Below, piece after piece: positions 42,498-52,327 of a stretch of DNA of 64,000 nucleotides. The stretch is taken from the NCBI GenBank assembly GCA_038245785.1, contig JBBRSB010000014.1:1-64000 (forward strand), in the 5' to 3' direction. Numbering within the stretch: the first letter of the stretch is position 1; every line of letters begins with the position of its first letter. This DNA comes from Gloeobacterales cyanobacterium (GTDB lineage Bacteria > Cyanobacteriota > Cyanobacteriia > Gloeobacterales > PMM-0068). A program made the translations under genes and the position numbers. The notes beneath the pieces are model-generated. The model had not been told where the DNA came from, did not search any database, and worked only from the letters and a program-made list of their open reading frames with translations.

Positions 42498-42815
42498 TCA
42501 AATCACACTATTCAATCCCCGTTTCTGAACCAGATGCAACAGCTTGAGAGCGGTACCCGTGAGTCGTTTCTGACCGATTTCCCACTTCTGTACTGTTGAC
42601 ACGCTTGTATTCAAAACTGCAGCGAATACTGCTTGACTGACGTGAGATGCTTCGCGGATTTGCTTAATTTGCCCAGGGTCCAGTGGTTCGATTGGAGCCA
42701 AGCACAGACGATCGAATTCACGCAGCGTGACCCGATCCATTACGCCAGCTTTGTGCAGTCCCTTTGCCGTTTCATGAACAGCCTCAAGAATCGCTGATTT
42801 AGTCTTCCGCATCAC
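42498..42815 (-). CDS. XRE-family HTH antitoxin (HigA-like)
   Basis: ILEAVHETAKGL..., IKQIRE..VSQAVFA..LNTSVSTVQKWEIGQK..GTALKLL. Confidence 0.88.
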   Translation of the reverse strand: MMRKTKSAILEAVHETAKGLHKAGVMDRVTLREFDRLCLAPIEPLDPGQIKQIREASHVSQAVFAAVLNTSVSTVQKWEIGQKRLTGTALKLLHLVQKRGLNSVI

Positions 42816-42897
42816 AATATACCTCCATCAATTTGTCAGCACGTTCTGCTTTCTCAAAAGCTTGTAGCGTTAAAGACAAAAGTTCTAAAGCTAATCT
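42799..42897 (-). pseudogene. 3' remnant of RelE/ParE-type toxin gene
   Basis: Startless frame RLALELLSLTLQAFEKAERADKLMEVYCDAED* overlapping the antitoxin start, as expected for a toxin C-terminus. Confidence 0.6.
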
Positions 42898-42909
42898 TAT
42901 TTGGCTGAT

Positions 42910-44532
42910 TTAAACTCTGACCATCTTGCTTTGGGCATCTTTGAGATGTTTATCTAACAAAGGTTCTACAACAGAACCGAGCAGATGATTCCAGGGCAGA
43001 CAAGATAAATCATTCCAGTTTTCATGAACATAGAAATCCAGCGGTGGGATTTGGCCTCTTAGTTCTTTGAAAGCGCGTTTAAAGCTCCCCAGAGAGCCTC
43101 CATAATCACGGGCCTTAAGCAGCACTTCTCCCACTCTGCGGTCTCCACGGGCAATCAAAGCTTGAATTACGGACCAGCTATAGCTTTCGGGCCGGAAGTC
43201 CACCCCTTGCTTATGTAGGGCTTTAGCCAAATATTGGAGCTTCTTTTCGGCCTTAGGGTCTACGCCATAGCCCTGAAAAGGAGTGTGCGCTTTGGGCACA
43301 AAGGTACTGCAACCAAAGCTTAGACGGAACTTCTTCGCTTCTTTCTTAAGCGCGGTGAGCATGGCAATCGTTTCATCTAAGTCTTCAGCCGTTTCACCGG
43401 GAACTCCGGCCATACCGTAGAGCTTCATGCCCGTTAAGCCACCATCCATGGCTATATGCAAAGCCTGGTGAATCTCTTGCGTAGAGAGCTTCTTATTGAT
43501 AATCTGACGCAATCGTTCTGAACCACTTTCGACGGCAATCGTTACCGATTTGGAGCCACGTTTAGCGAGGGTGCCTGCAATTTTGGGCGTTAAGGTGTTC
43601 GCTCGCACAGAAGACACACTGAGATGAACCTCAGAAAATTCGTCTTGGTCAAGATAATCGATCAAAGATTCAAACTCTGGATGTTGGGTGACTGAAGCCC
43701 CTAGGAGTCCCAAGCGAGGCGTAACTTTGAGCCCCTCCTGAATCAATGGAATCAAAGACCCTTCCACAGACGGAGTTCTAAAAGGTAAAGTCAAATAACT
43801 GGCTAGGCAAAAACGACACATCTCCGGGCAAGAGCGGACCACTTCTACCATGAAGATGTTTTCCCAAGCGCTATGGGCCGTGACCACACTGGAAGAAGAA
43901 AGTTTATTGCCACGATAGGTCTGTTTCTGTACTGTACTGGGTGCCTGACTGCTGCTAATCGCAACCACAGGACCTGTGGGAGATTCATAGTCCACTTCAT
44001 AGAGGCTGGGGACATAGAGGCCGGGAATTTGGGCAAGTCGCAGCAGTTTCTCTTTACGGTCCAAGCCTTTCAGTTGCCGAAGCGCATTGATGAAAGTAGG
44101 GACTAATTCCTCACCATCTCCCAAGAGAAAGACATCAAAAAACAGGGAAAAAGGCTCTGGATTAGCGCTAAAAACAGGCCCCCCGCCAAAGATAATCGGG
44201 TCATCGTCATCCCGTTCCTCAGAGCGTACGGTGATGCCCAAGCGCTCTAGTTGCGAAATTACGTGGACAAAATCCAATTCCCAAGAGAAAGAAAACCCGA
44301 CGGCGTCTACATGCGTGGGTAAAGGCTCATGCATATCGGTAAAAAATCGAGCGACCCGCACTCCGGGTAAGGAAGCGAGAAGCCGCCAAACTACTTGATA
44401 GCCCAGGCTCGTGATACCGATGGTGTATTCATTTGGAAAAGCATAGATCACTTCTAAGACATCAGCATCCCCCAGCCCGTAGGTGGGTTCAAAAAGCATT
44501 TTTTCTTCTTGGAATAGACTAGTGTGCTGCAT
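42910..44532 (-). CDS. radical SAM protein (B12-binding/YgiQ-like)
   Basis: RSCPEMCRFC CxxxCxxC motif, GGPVFSANPEP, ESGSERLR, FVPKAHTPFQ. Confidence 0.9.
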   Translation of the reverse strand: MQHTSLFQEEKMLFEPTYGLGDADVLEVIYAFPNEYTIGITSLGYQVVWRLLASLPGVRVARFFTDMHEPLPTHVDAVGFSFSWELDFVHVISQLERLGITVRSEERDDDDPIIFGGGPVFSANPEPFSLFFDVFLLGDGEELVPTFINALRQLKGLDRKEKLLRLAQIPGLYVPSLYEVDYESPTGPVVAISSSQAPSTVQKQTYRGNKLSSSSVVTAHSAWENIFMVEVVRSCPEMCRFCLASYLTLPFRTPSVEGSLIPLIQEGLKVTPRLGLLGASVTQHPEFESLIDYLDQDEFSEVHLSVSSVRANTLTPKIAGTLAKRGSKSVTIAVESGSERLRQIINKKLSTQEIHQALHIAMDGGLTGMKLYGMAGVPGETAEDLDETIAMLTALKKEAKKFRLSFGCSTFVPKAHTPFQGYGVDPKAEKKLQYLAKALHKQGVDFRPESYSWSVIQALIARGDRRVGEVLLKARDYGGSLGSFKRAFKELRGQIPPLDFYVHENWNDLSCLPWNHLLGSVVEPLLDKHLKDAQSKMVRV

Positions 44533-44759
44533 ATGAAAGAGTACCGATGAACAGTGGCACCCAGTCAGCCTGAAGTGTCTCGTCCTATTGTTTTTAAGAT
44601 CCTAACACTCCCTCTATATTCAGCCGCTCTATACGGGAATACTGATAGATGTTGTGGAATGGGATCTATATAATCTGGAAAGCTGTTTTCTCCGAAGCGG
44701 GAGAACAGGACTAACTGCCCAATTTGCCCCATTATCGTTGCTATAGGTGGCTGAGGAAA

Positions 44760-45704
44760 ATGCTGCATCAGTTTTATCGGAAGAGAATAACGGCTTTATT
44801 GATCCCTGTGCTTTTGGTCTCTGTGGTACTTCCAAGCCATGCGAAACCTCGCAAGGCGGCCCCAAACGCAGAAGCCGCTAAGCAGTTTCAAATTCAAGCC
44901 TCGCAAGCCACAAAGATTCCAGCCGGTTCTCTCGGTAATTTTGTAGTCATGTTCGCTAACACGGCAGCAGGTCCGATGACGGGCTTAGATGTCCAAGAGG
45001 GTAAGCAGGTTTCACTCCCGGTCGCCGGTCGCGTGGGCACCGTAGAATTGCCTCAGGGAAGTCTTTTGGTCGGTCGCTTCAATCGGCTGAATGAGGCTAC
45101 AGGGTCATTTGCTTTTGATACTTTGATTGCCAACGGCAAGTTGTACAAAATTAATGCGGTTAGTGCCCCTCTTCCCGGCAAACTCAGACAGGACCTCTAC
45201 GATCTGCAAAACCGCAGAGATGGCAGAGACTTTGCAAAAACAGGCATCAAGGAGCGCAGAGAAGAACAGCGGGGACGGGCCGCTCGTGAGTACAGTAATG
45301 CTGGCGGCAGCATTATAGGCAATTTTTCTCCCTTGGCCGGTTCACTGATTGGGGGCCTTGGCTCGATTGTCGGTACTTCCAAAGAAACAGAAGCGGTTGA
45401 GAATTCCACAACAAAGCAAGAGGAAATCCTTGACCGCGATATTCCTAGTGTTTTGGTAGCAGAGATATCGCCGCTGCAGAATCTATCGGTTCAATTCAAT
45501 GAGGCCGTAGACCTCAATGCTCCGATTACGAGCGTGCCCCAGGCTGCTCAGTTTCCACAGGGAGTGCCTGCTGCTGCTCCTGCCACCAACTTTGCACCGC
45601 AGCCGAGCACAACCGTACCTCAAGTCCCCGTAGTCGCTCCTCAATATCCCTATGGTGGCTACCCTGCTGCTCCCTACGGTTATCCTGGAGGAGCGCTGCC
45701 CTAA
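44760..45704 (+). CDS. hypothetical exported protein
   Basis: Signal peptide ending PSHA, Gly-zipper-like segment, Pro/Tyr-rich tail; GAGG RBS before ATG 44760. Confidence 0.7.
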   Translation: MLHQFYRKRITALLIPVLLVSVVLPSHAKPRKAAPNAEAAKQFQIQASQATKIPAGSLGNFVVMFANTAAGPMTGLDVQEGKQVSLPVAGRVGTVELPQGSLLVGRFNRLNEATGSFAFDTLIANGKLYKINAVSAPLPGKLRQDLYDLQNRRDGRDFAKTGIKERREEQRGRAAREYSNAGGSIIGNFSPLAGSLIGGLGSIVGTSKETEAVENSTTKQEEILDRDIPSVLVAEISPLQNLSVQFNEAVDLNAPITSVPQAAQFPQGVPAAAPATNFAPQPSTTVPQVPVVAPQYPYGGYPAAPYGYPGGALP

Positions 45705-45727
45705 GGGATTACGCCTTAGCTTAAACG

Positions 45728-46183
45728 TTATTTTTTAGAAAAGTCCGGTTGGTCAACCTGGACTTTTTCTGAAAATCCTTTTGCCTGGAAATTAGTTAAG
45801 GAGAAGGGGAGCTTCGTATCCGCAGCTGCATCAAACTGCAGAGCAAAATTGTTTTTACCTGGTTTTACTTCGGCTAGGGTGCCAACTCTTCTACGGGTTA
45901 AAACGACTGTCCCGTTGACATCAGCAATTCGTCCAAAAACATCTACGTTCTTGGCTGGTTTCTCGCCATTAAATTCACTACTGCCGCTGAGCAGAAAGCA
46001 CTTTCCCTCTCGATTAGCGCGGTCATTGGTACTCACTAAAACCTTGTTTTTTTCGGTGCCTAGAGGACACTCTTTAACTGCAAGATCTTTTAGTTCAATC
46101 ACTATTTTCGTACTGCTTGCGCATCCCAAGAGAAGGAGGGGTACGCATAAAATCACTAAAGAGGCAGAAAATTGTTTTTTCAT
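45728..46183 (-). CDS. hypothetical lipoprotein
   Basis: MKK-hydrophobic-LLGC lipobox. Confidence 0.72.
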   Translation of the reverse strand: MKKQFSASLVILCVPLLLLGCASSTKIVIELKDLAVKECPLGTEKNKVLVSTNDRANREGKCFLLSGSSEFNGEKPAKNVDVFGRIADVNGTVVLTRRRVGTLAEVKPGKNNFALQFDAAADTKLPFSLTNFQAKGFSEKVQVDQPDFSKK

Positions 46184-46262
46184 GAATAGTTTAAAGTTAC
46201 CGCTTTAGATTGTACGTCGGGGACAGGGCATGTACCATGACAACTATCGTGTGGAGCTGGAC

Positions 46263-46817
46263 ATGGTCAAAGTGCTGGTGCCTTTGTTCATAGGATTTGA
46301 AGAAATTGAAGCGATTACGATCATCGACATCCTTAGAAGAGCTGAGGTGGAAGTAGTCACGGCGGGATTAAGCCCCAATCCAGTAATGGGAGCCCACGGC
46401 ATCCCTGTAATCGCGGATCTAGACATCGATGCGGTAGAAGCAGATAGCTATGCAGGCATCGTGCTTCCTGGTGGTGCCGGAACAGCGACCCTCCACGCAG
46501 ATTCCCGTGTGCGAAGCTTAGTGATGGCCTTCTCCAAGCAGAGAAAAATCACGGCTGCTGTGTGTGCAGCTCCCACCGTTCTCTCTGAACTAGGACTTTT
46601 GAAAGATAAAAAAGCGACGAGTTATCCCTCGGTACGTTCTTCTCTAGTCGTCGGCACCTATCTTGAAGATCCTGTGGTGATCGATGACCTGATCATCACT
46701 AGTCGGGGTGCAGGAACAGCTATGGCCTTTGCTCTGGAACTTGCAGCCCGTTTTAGCAGCCCGGAGAAAGCGCAGGCGGTTGCCCGTGCAGTGCTCGCAG
46801 ATATCGGCGGAAGCTGA
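46263..46817 (+). CDS. DJ-1/PfpI (ThiJ/YajL) family protein
   Basis: GFEEIEA, LPGG, AAVCAAP, ITSRGAGTA. Confidence 0.92.
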   Translation: MVKVLVPLFIGFEEIEAITIIDILRRAEVEVVTAGLSPNPVMGAHGIPVIADLDIDAVEADSYAGIVLPGGAGTATLHADSRVRSLVMAFSKQRKITAAVCAAPTVLSELGLLKDKKATSYPSVRSSLVVGTYLEDPVVIDDLIITSRGAGTAMAFALELAARFSSPEKAQAVARAVLADIGGS

Positions 46818-46859
46818 AAAAACTTTAGCCTAACGGGTTCAATAACTGACATGAGGAAT

Positions 46860-47054
46860 CTAACGTTTACGGGGAGTCGTCTTTTCGACAAGATCAAGGT
46901 CGCTCGCCAGAAAACTCACCTGTTTGGCCCAGTTTCCACCCAAGAAAAAGACGCCTACCTTGCCATCGATAATTTTCTGCACTTGCCCTTCAAAGCCGTA
47001 GTAGATATTGTCGCGATTGATTACTTTGACGGGCATGCCAGGGCGGATATCCAT
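46860..47054 (-). CDS. ndhS: NAD(P)H dehydrogenase subunit S
   Basis: PGMPVKV.N..NIYYGFEGQVQKI.DGKVGVFF.GGNW.K.VSF matches cyanobacterial NdhS pattern. Confidence 0.85.
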   Translation of the reverse strand: MDIRPGMPVKVINRDNIYYGFEGQVQKIIDGKVGVFFLGGNWAKQVSFLASDLDLVEKTTPRKR

Positions 47055-47150
47055 GTTTATCTTTTACATAAATAGGGAACTATGTTTAATATACTGTCCA
47101 AACAGTAGGTATTTCAGGATTACTTGTTTTCCATAGGGGTGGACTGGACC

Positions 47151-47474
47151 ATGAAGCACATTCGTACATTTCTCTTTGCCTGGATGGCCCTGAGTGTCGT
47201 GGGAGGCGCAGCCGTTCCAGCTTTTGCTGTTGAACGTCTAGCCACCAGCGCTTACTGGGACCAAATCCAGCCTAAGCCTTTTGAATTTCCGGAGCAGGTA
47301 ATCGGTCGCAAAAAAGATATCATCTTCAGCGAATTTCTAGACCCTGTAGAAGCGCGTCTCTACGACAATCCGATTCGGACGAGAGACCTTCCCTCTCCTT
47401 TCAATACTTCTATCCAAGGTCAAAGCAGCTATTTTGAAACCACAGGCAATCAGCCAGAACTGGAATTCCGTTAA
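47151..47474 (+). CDS. hypothetical exported cyanobacterial protein
   Basis: Signal peptide ending AFA; PIRTRDLPSPFNTS motif. Confidence 0.65.
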   Translation: MKHIRTFLFAWMALSVVGGAAVPAFAVERLATSAYWDQIQPKPFEFPEQVIGRKKDIIFSEFLDPVEARLYDNPIRTRDLPSPFNTSIQGQSSYFETTGNQPELEFR

Positions 47475-47487
47475 ATAGCCGTCCCCG

Positions 47488-48522
47488 CTAAGGAATAATA
47501 CGCAATTGGGTAGGGTTTTTCCCTACCTTAATTGTTTTTCTGTCAGCATCCTTCGGGTTTGCTGGGTTGATGACGGTCACTTCACCCTTTCCCGGATGAG
47601 AAATATATAAGTTTCCCTGGCCATCTAGATCTATGGCACTGATTGGATTTCTAAAACTAAGGGAAGCTTCTGGGATTAAGTTTAATTTGTTGAGATCGAC
47701 CACCGATATTTGATTCAAGGTCGAATCGCCCACATATAAACGCCCTAACTTAGCATCTAAGGCAAGCAAACCAGGATTGACAGACCTTCCCAAAAAGTTC
47801 GGGTCTTGCAGGGAAACTTTCTTTTGGACTTGAGTGGTCTCACTATCCAAAACATAGAGCGTGGACTTCATCGCAACCAAGAGATGACCCGTCGCAGCAT
47901 CTAAGAGGCTAGGTGCAAGAAAAGCGCTGTCTCCTAGCAGGATATTGCCCGTTTCTTTGAGACTACGCGTGTCATAGAGTCTGACCAAACCCTTAGTAGG
48001 GTCGGTAATCCATAGGCGGGAACGGGATTCATCTAGCGCCAGATTAGGGCTGAGTAGATATGGGTTGGACAGCCCCAGGTCTATTTTGGATACAACCTGT
48101 AAGTCTTTGCGATTGAGGACGGTCAGCCTGTTAGAGCGGCCATGGACCACATAAATGCGCTCTTTGCCCACAACAAAGTCTGCAGGATTAGCAGGAACCC
48201 TCACGGCCTGAGGAGGAGCCGCATCCGTATCTCCCATCAGATAGAGACGGTTCCCTGTTCCATCCAGAACAAAAACCTGAGCACCGTCTAGCCTCATTTG
48301 CGAGGGCTCCAGCCCGACCTCGCTACTTCTACGCTCCTGACCTTGATTCAGGTCGTACCAGCGGACAAGGGCGGTGTTGTTATCTAAAAAGACCAGTTCT
48401 GCAGCACGAGCAGGGGCTGTGAGCAAAGTCACAGAGACCGCCAGCAGCAGATCTGCACCAAAATGCTTCAAATACAGGAGAGGCCTGAAATTTTTCTGCG
48501 GCAGACCACGTCCTGAAAGCAT
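47488..48522 (-). CDS. YncE-like beta-propeller protein
   Basis: Repeated blades (RIYVV..SNRLTVL; RLYVGD..NQISVVD; TIKVGKNP); start uncertain. Confidence 0.78.
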   Translation of the reverse strand: MLSGRGLPQKNFRPLLYLKHFGADLLLAVSVTLLTAPARAAELVFLDNNTALVRWYDLNQGQERRSSEVGLEPSQMRLDGAQVFVLDGTGNRLYLMGDTDAAPPQAVRVPANPADFVVGKERIYVVHGRSNRLTVLNRKDLQVVSKIDLGLSNPYLLSPNLALDESRSRLWITDPTKGLVRLYDTRSLKETGNILLGDSAFLAPSLLDAATGHLLVAMKSTLYVLDSETTQVQKKVSLQDPNFLGRSVNPGLLALDAKLGRLYVGDSTLNQISVVDLNKLNLIPEASLSFRNPISAIDLDGQGNLYISHPGKGEVTVINPANPKDADRKTIKVGKNPTQLRIIP

Positions 48523-48525
48523 TGA

Positions 48526-48939
48526 TTAACTCTTATCAGAGGTCACAATTCTTTCTTTGACGCGGGTTCTCTTACCAACGCGGTCGCGGAGATAGTAAAG
48601 CTTGGCGCGTCGCACCATTCCTCTACGGGTCACCAGAATCGCATCAATAGAAGGAGCATGAATCATAAAGACCCGCTCCACACCGATACCTTGGAAAACC
48701 TTACGAACTGTGATCGTCCGATTGATACCGCAGCCACGCTCACCGATGATCGTCCCTTCGTAGGCTTGAAGACGTTCTTTGCTGCCCTCTCTAATGCGGA
48801 CACTAACCCGGACAGTATCGCCCACCCGGAAACTAGGGATGTCAGTTCTCAAATACTCAGCTTCAATCTCACGGAGAATCGCATCTCCTGATTTCTTGAC
48901 AGGGGCAGTACTCGCACCCTCTTTTGTTGCAGCGCTCAT
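48526..48939 (-). CDS. rplS: 50S ribosomal protein L19
   Basis: [35 protein letters not shown]. Confidence 0.97.
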   Translation of the reverse strand: MSAATKEGASTAPVKKSGDAILREIEAEYLRTDIPSFRVGDTVRVSVRIREGSKERLQAYEGTIIGERGCGINRTITVRKVFQGIGVERVFMIHAPSIDAILVTRRGMVRRAKLYYLRDRVGKRTRVKERIVTSDKS

Positions 48940-49012
48940 CGGGCTTGGCTCATAAACACAATCCCTAATAATACGGGAGCTAGGTGCTCATAGCAAGCTG
49001 ACGTTTAGATCT

Positions 49013-50104
49013 TCAAGCCTGAAACAGGTCGGGGAAGGTTGCGCCCACATCTGGATGCACGAGTCGGTGGTCTTGTACATTGACTCCCTGAGCAAGGGCA
49101 GGGTCTTGCTCAAAGGATTGGGAACCCAAGTTCGCCAATTTCAGTACATAGGGCAAGGTGCTGTTGTTAAGCGCCTGAGTCGCTGTCCAGGGAACTGCTC
49201 CAGGCATATTGGGTACGCCATAGTGCACAACGCCTTCTTCTACATAGGTAGGTGTTGTATGAGAAGTAGGGCGGAGGGTCTCAATGCATCCCCCTTGGTC
49301 TACGGCTACGTCCACAATCACAGAACCCGGCGCCATAGAACCGACCAAGGCTCTATCGACAAGGATCGGTGGACGACGTCCCGGCACCAAAACCGCACCA
49401 ATTAAGAGGTCCGTTTCTGGGACTAGGTGGGCAATGTTGGCAGAGTTGCTGTAGAGCAATTCCAGATCATGGCCAAACAGGGTCTCCAGGTAGGTAAGAC
49501 GGTCTACGCTAATATCCAGCAGCGTCACCCGTGCGCCCATGCCGACGGCAATCCGCGCCGCTTCCATACCCACGACTCCGCCGCCCAAGACCACAACGCG
49601 ACCTGGGCGCACCCCTGGTATCCCGCCTAACAGGACCCCGCGCCCTCCCTGTTGCCGTTCTAAAAAGCGGGCTCCAAACTGAGGGGCCAACCGTCCAGCG
49701 ATCACACTCATCGGAACGAGTAAAGGCAGTTTTCTATCCGGAAGTTCTACGGTTTCATAGGCAATTGCCGTCACCCCACTCTGCATTAATTTCTCGGTTA
49801 GGGTTCGGTTGGCCGCTAAATGCAAATAGGTAAACAGTAAATGTCCTTTTTGAAGAAAGTCATACTCCTGAGTGAGCGGTTCTTTGACTTTAACTACCAG
49901 TTCAGGACTCCAGGCTTCTGTTGCGGTTGCCACGATCTTGGCGCCCACGGTTTCATAAGCTTCATCTGAAAAACCAGAGCCAATTCCTGCGCCTGTTTCT
50001 ACAAAGACCTGGTGTCCTTTCTCCTGTAAAACTCTGACACTGCTGGGACTTAAACCCACCCGAAATTCCTGGTCTTTGACTTCTTTCGGGACACCGATTT
50101 CCAT
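49013..50104 (-). CDS. ald: alanine dehydrogenase
   Basis: MEIGVPKEVKDQEFRV, FTYLHLAA, PMSVIAGRLA, VDQGGC, VPNMPGAVP. Confidence 0.96.
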   Translation of the reverse strand: MEIGVPKEVKDQEFRVGLSPSSVRVLQEKGHQVFVETGAGIGSGFSDEAYETVGAKIVATATEAWSPELVVKVKEPLTQEYDFLQKGHLLFTYLHLAANRTLTEKLMQSGVTAIAYETVELPDRKLPLLVPMSVIAGRLAPQFGARFLERQQGGRGVLLGGIPGVRPGRVVVLGGGVVGMEAARIAVGMGARVTLLDISVDRLTYLETLFGHDLELLYSNSANIAHLVPETDLLIGAVLVPGRRPPILVDRALVGSMAPGSVIVDVAVDQGGCIETLRPTSHTTPTYVEEGVVHYGVPNMPGAVPWTATQALNNSTLPYVLKLANLGSQSFEQDPALAQGVNVQDHRLVHPDVGATFPDLFQA

Positions 50105-50178
50105 GCGAAACCTCATTTTGATAGTTCTACGCCCCACCCTTTCAACAATAATGGAAGAAGCCCCTGGACCCTAACACT

Positions 50179-50547
50179 ATGCCCGCCAAGAAAAAAGAAC
50201 AGCCTAAATCGCCCAAAGTCACCCTGCCTGCCCTCGCCCCTGGGGAAGTGGGAAAACTGACGACGGCACAGGTATTTGAAGCCTTGGACGCGGTGATTAT
50301 CGTAGATGGCCGTAGCAAAGGAGAACGCCGCCTGAAAGGGATTATCGATTCGGTGACGTTTGATCCCAGAACCAAAGGCAATGAATTTCCCAGAAATAAA
50401 CCGATTGTCACCGTCAGTTGGTTTGGTCTTCGGAGCTTAGTCTTGGCCTATGCCCTTAGAAAACAAGGTTTTAAAGTCTATGACATGGAAGGTGGACTAT
50501 TTCGCTGGCTGTTGGAAAAGCGTCCTGCTGCTCAGCTATTTGATTAA
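50179..50547 (+). CDS. rhodanese-like domain protein
   Basis: IVDGRS, KPIVTVSWFGLRS, LRKQGF.VYDMEGGL..W. Confidence 0.75.
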   Translation: MPAKKKEQPKSPKVTLPALAPGEVGKLTTAQVFEALDAVIIVDGRSKGERRLKGIIDSVTFDPRTKGNEFPRNKPIVTVSWFGLRSLVLAYALRKQGFKVYDMEGGLFRWLLEKRPAAQLFD

Positions 50548-50767
50548 AGGCGGAAAGCTTGAGGTGTTTCTACCTGCAGTCTGACAAAATCCCTTACCTA
50601 CTTTCACCCTCCAGCTTTTGAAAAAGCTTCACAGGGGCTTTACTTATCGGAAAGTGATGGTAGGCTTTAATGCAGAAATGGGAAGCCTAAATATTTACAA
50701 GGTAGTTCTCATGATTTTTAATATACATCAAGGCTCACCAAGACATCTAAAATGAGAGTGCTATGTC

Positions 50768-51160
50768 ATGGATGCAAATGAAGAATTAACAGAATCACTC
50801 AAAAATGAGCCACTAAAGCAGATTAAGTATGACTACATAAAAAGCCAGTATTTTCGTGTTGTTCATGCTGAGGGTATTTGGGGTGGCATAACACCACGCC
50901 TTGGCATTCATATTGATTTCTGGAGTGAACGTCCTTCAATTCCAAAGCACGTAGCTCATGAAATCACAAGTGCCGGACTTATAGGGAAAGAGATTTTAAG
51001 TGAAACTATTAATCGGAGTACAATTATTCGCGAAGTTGAAGTTGGCGTGACAGTGGATCTTGGGACAGCAAAACAAATCATCGAATGGTTACAGCAAAGA
51101 GTTGACATCATAGAATCAGCATTGAGCCAACAGCAAGACATTAACAAATCAGGAGATTGA
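50768..51160 (+). CDS. hypothetical protein, first gene of three-gene accessory module
   Basis: 130 aa, FRVVHAEGIWGGITP...FWSERP...IIREVEVGV; AT-rich; GGAG RBS for next gene within its end. Confidence 0.8.
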   Translation: MDANEELTESLKNEPLKQIKYDYIKSQYFRVVHAEGIWGGITPRLGIHIDFWSERPSIPKHVAHEITSAGLIGKEILSETINRSTIIREVEVGVTVDLGTAKQIIEWLQQRVDIIESALSQQQDINKSGD

Positions 51161-51167
51161 GAAATTT

Positions 51168-51590
51168 ATGAGTTTATGCATTAATGAAACATCTTCTACA
51201 AATATTCCAAAGGCTCAAAGTTGGAATGCCTCTCTAGTAGATTACAAAGCACTTTCTCAATCATTGGGGGATACTGATTCCAATCCAATTCCCTCAGACT
51301 TTAAACACTATCAAGATGCTCAATGGATTGGAGAATGGGTTGACAGACTACGTTCAGTTGCTATCAGAAACGGGCTTTGGTGGCAAAAACCTCTTGTAAA
51401 TATGAACATTGATTCAGAAATAGTTCTTGAATGGTGGCACAAGTCGAGAAAACTTACTATCTATATCTCTCATGATGACACAGTGGATTTTGTGAAAGTT
51501 TGGGGACCAGATGTTCATACCCAGATGGAAGATGGTTCTCTAGAATCTAAATCCGACCTTGTATCCATCTTGAACTGGATCGCTGATTAG
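51168..51590 (+). CDS. hypothetical protein, putative antitoxin
   Basis: 140 aa, 7 nt after previous gene; KPLV...SEIVLEWW...RKLTIYI. Confidence 0.75.
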   Translation: MSLCINETSSTNIPKAQSWNASLVDYKALSQSLGDTDSNPIPSDFKHYQDAQWIGEWVDRLRSVAIRNGLWWQKPLVNMNIDSEIVLEWWHKSRKLTIYISHDDTVDFVKVWGPDVHTQMEDGSLESKSDLVSILNWIAD

Positions 51591-51950
51591 GAACTGTTTA
51601 CTGATCGAAAACAAGCTCCTTCGGTTGACAGAGCAGTTCTTCGTGAAAATAATCCCTACTTGACCCAGAAGGCCCCCACTGATGGTGTTGTCAGTCTCTT
51701 GACAAGTGATGTGCGAGCTACAGATTCTGTCAAGACATTCGAAAATGGAGTTCCTAAGATAACTTACAAGATTGATGTTGTTTCAATTCCTCTCATTGGA
51801 ATTCCAGGGGAAACTGATAATTTAGCCCACGCAGAAATCAGACCGAATCCAGAATACAAAGGGAACAAACCTTTTAAGAGGTTACTAGAACGTTTAGCTT
51901 TTCTTGCTAATGCTCGTCAATGGGAAATTCCACCTTATGAGCTGCGCTGA
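51591..51950 (+). pseudogene. ADP-ribosyltransferase-like toxin gene, lacking its own start/N-terminus
   Basis: Frame is open directly from the previous TAG: ELFTDRKQAPSVDRA...GVVSLLTSDVR...DNLAHAEI; first possible start (TTG 51660) lies inside the domain. Confidence 0.55.
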
Positions 51951-51973
51951 ATGAATTGTCTTGGTATTGCTGC

Positions 51974-52120
51974 CTAGGAGGTTTCAGGATTAATCCCTTT
52001 TTCTCTCGGCTTCGTAACAGAAGATTCTAGCTGTTGTGCTGCCTGATTTGCTTGCTCTTGTGGTGTTAGTAAATGACTGCCCAATAGTACCAATACAACC
52101 GTCAGCTAGCACGCTCACGG
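51974..52120 (-). pseudogene. 3' remnant of Uma2-family endonuclease gene
   Basis: RERAS*RLYWY then frameshift to GSHLLTPQEQANQAAQQLE...REKGINPETS*, the typical cyanobacterial Uma2 tail. Confidence 0.6.
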
Positions 52121-52327
52121 GTCGTGATTGAACAGGTCAACCGATGCTTGAAGATATTTTACCTGATAGCAGACCCCCACAACTTTGAGTTAGCCTCATG
52201 TCATCTTGTCAAACCTTTTGTAAGAGATCTACAGTAAATATTTTTTTCAGAACTACCGCATTTGCCCGAATCCCTCATCTATCAGCAAGAGTAAATTTTT
52301 AGTAGTTATGTTCTCACTAAAAAGTTC

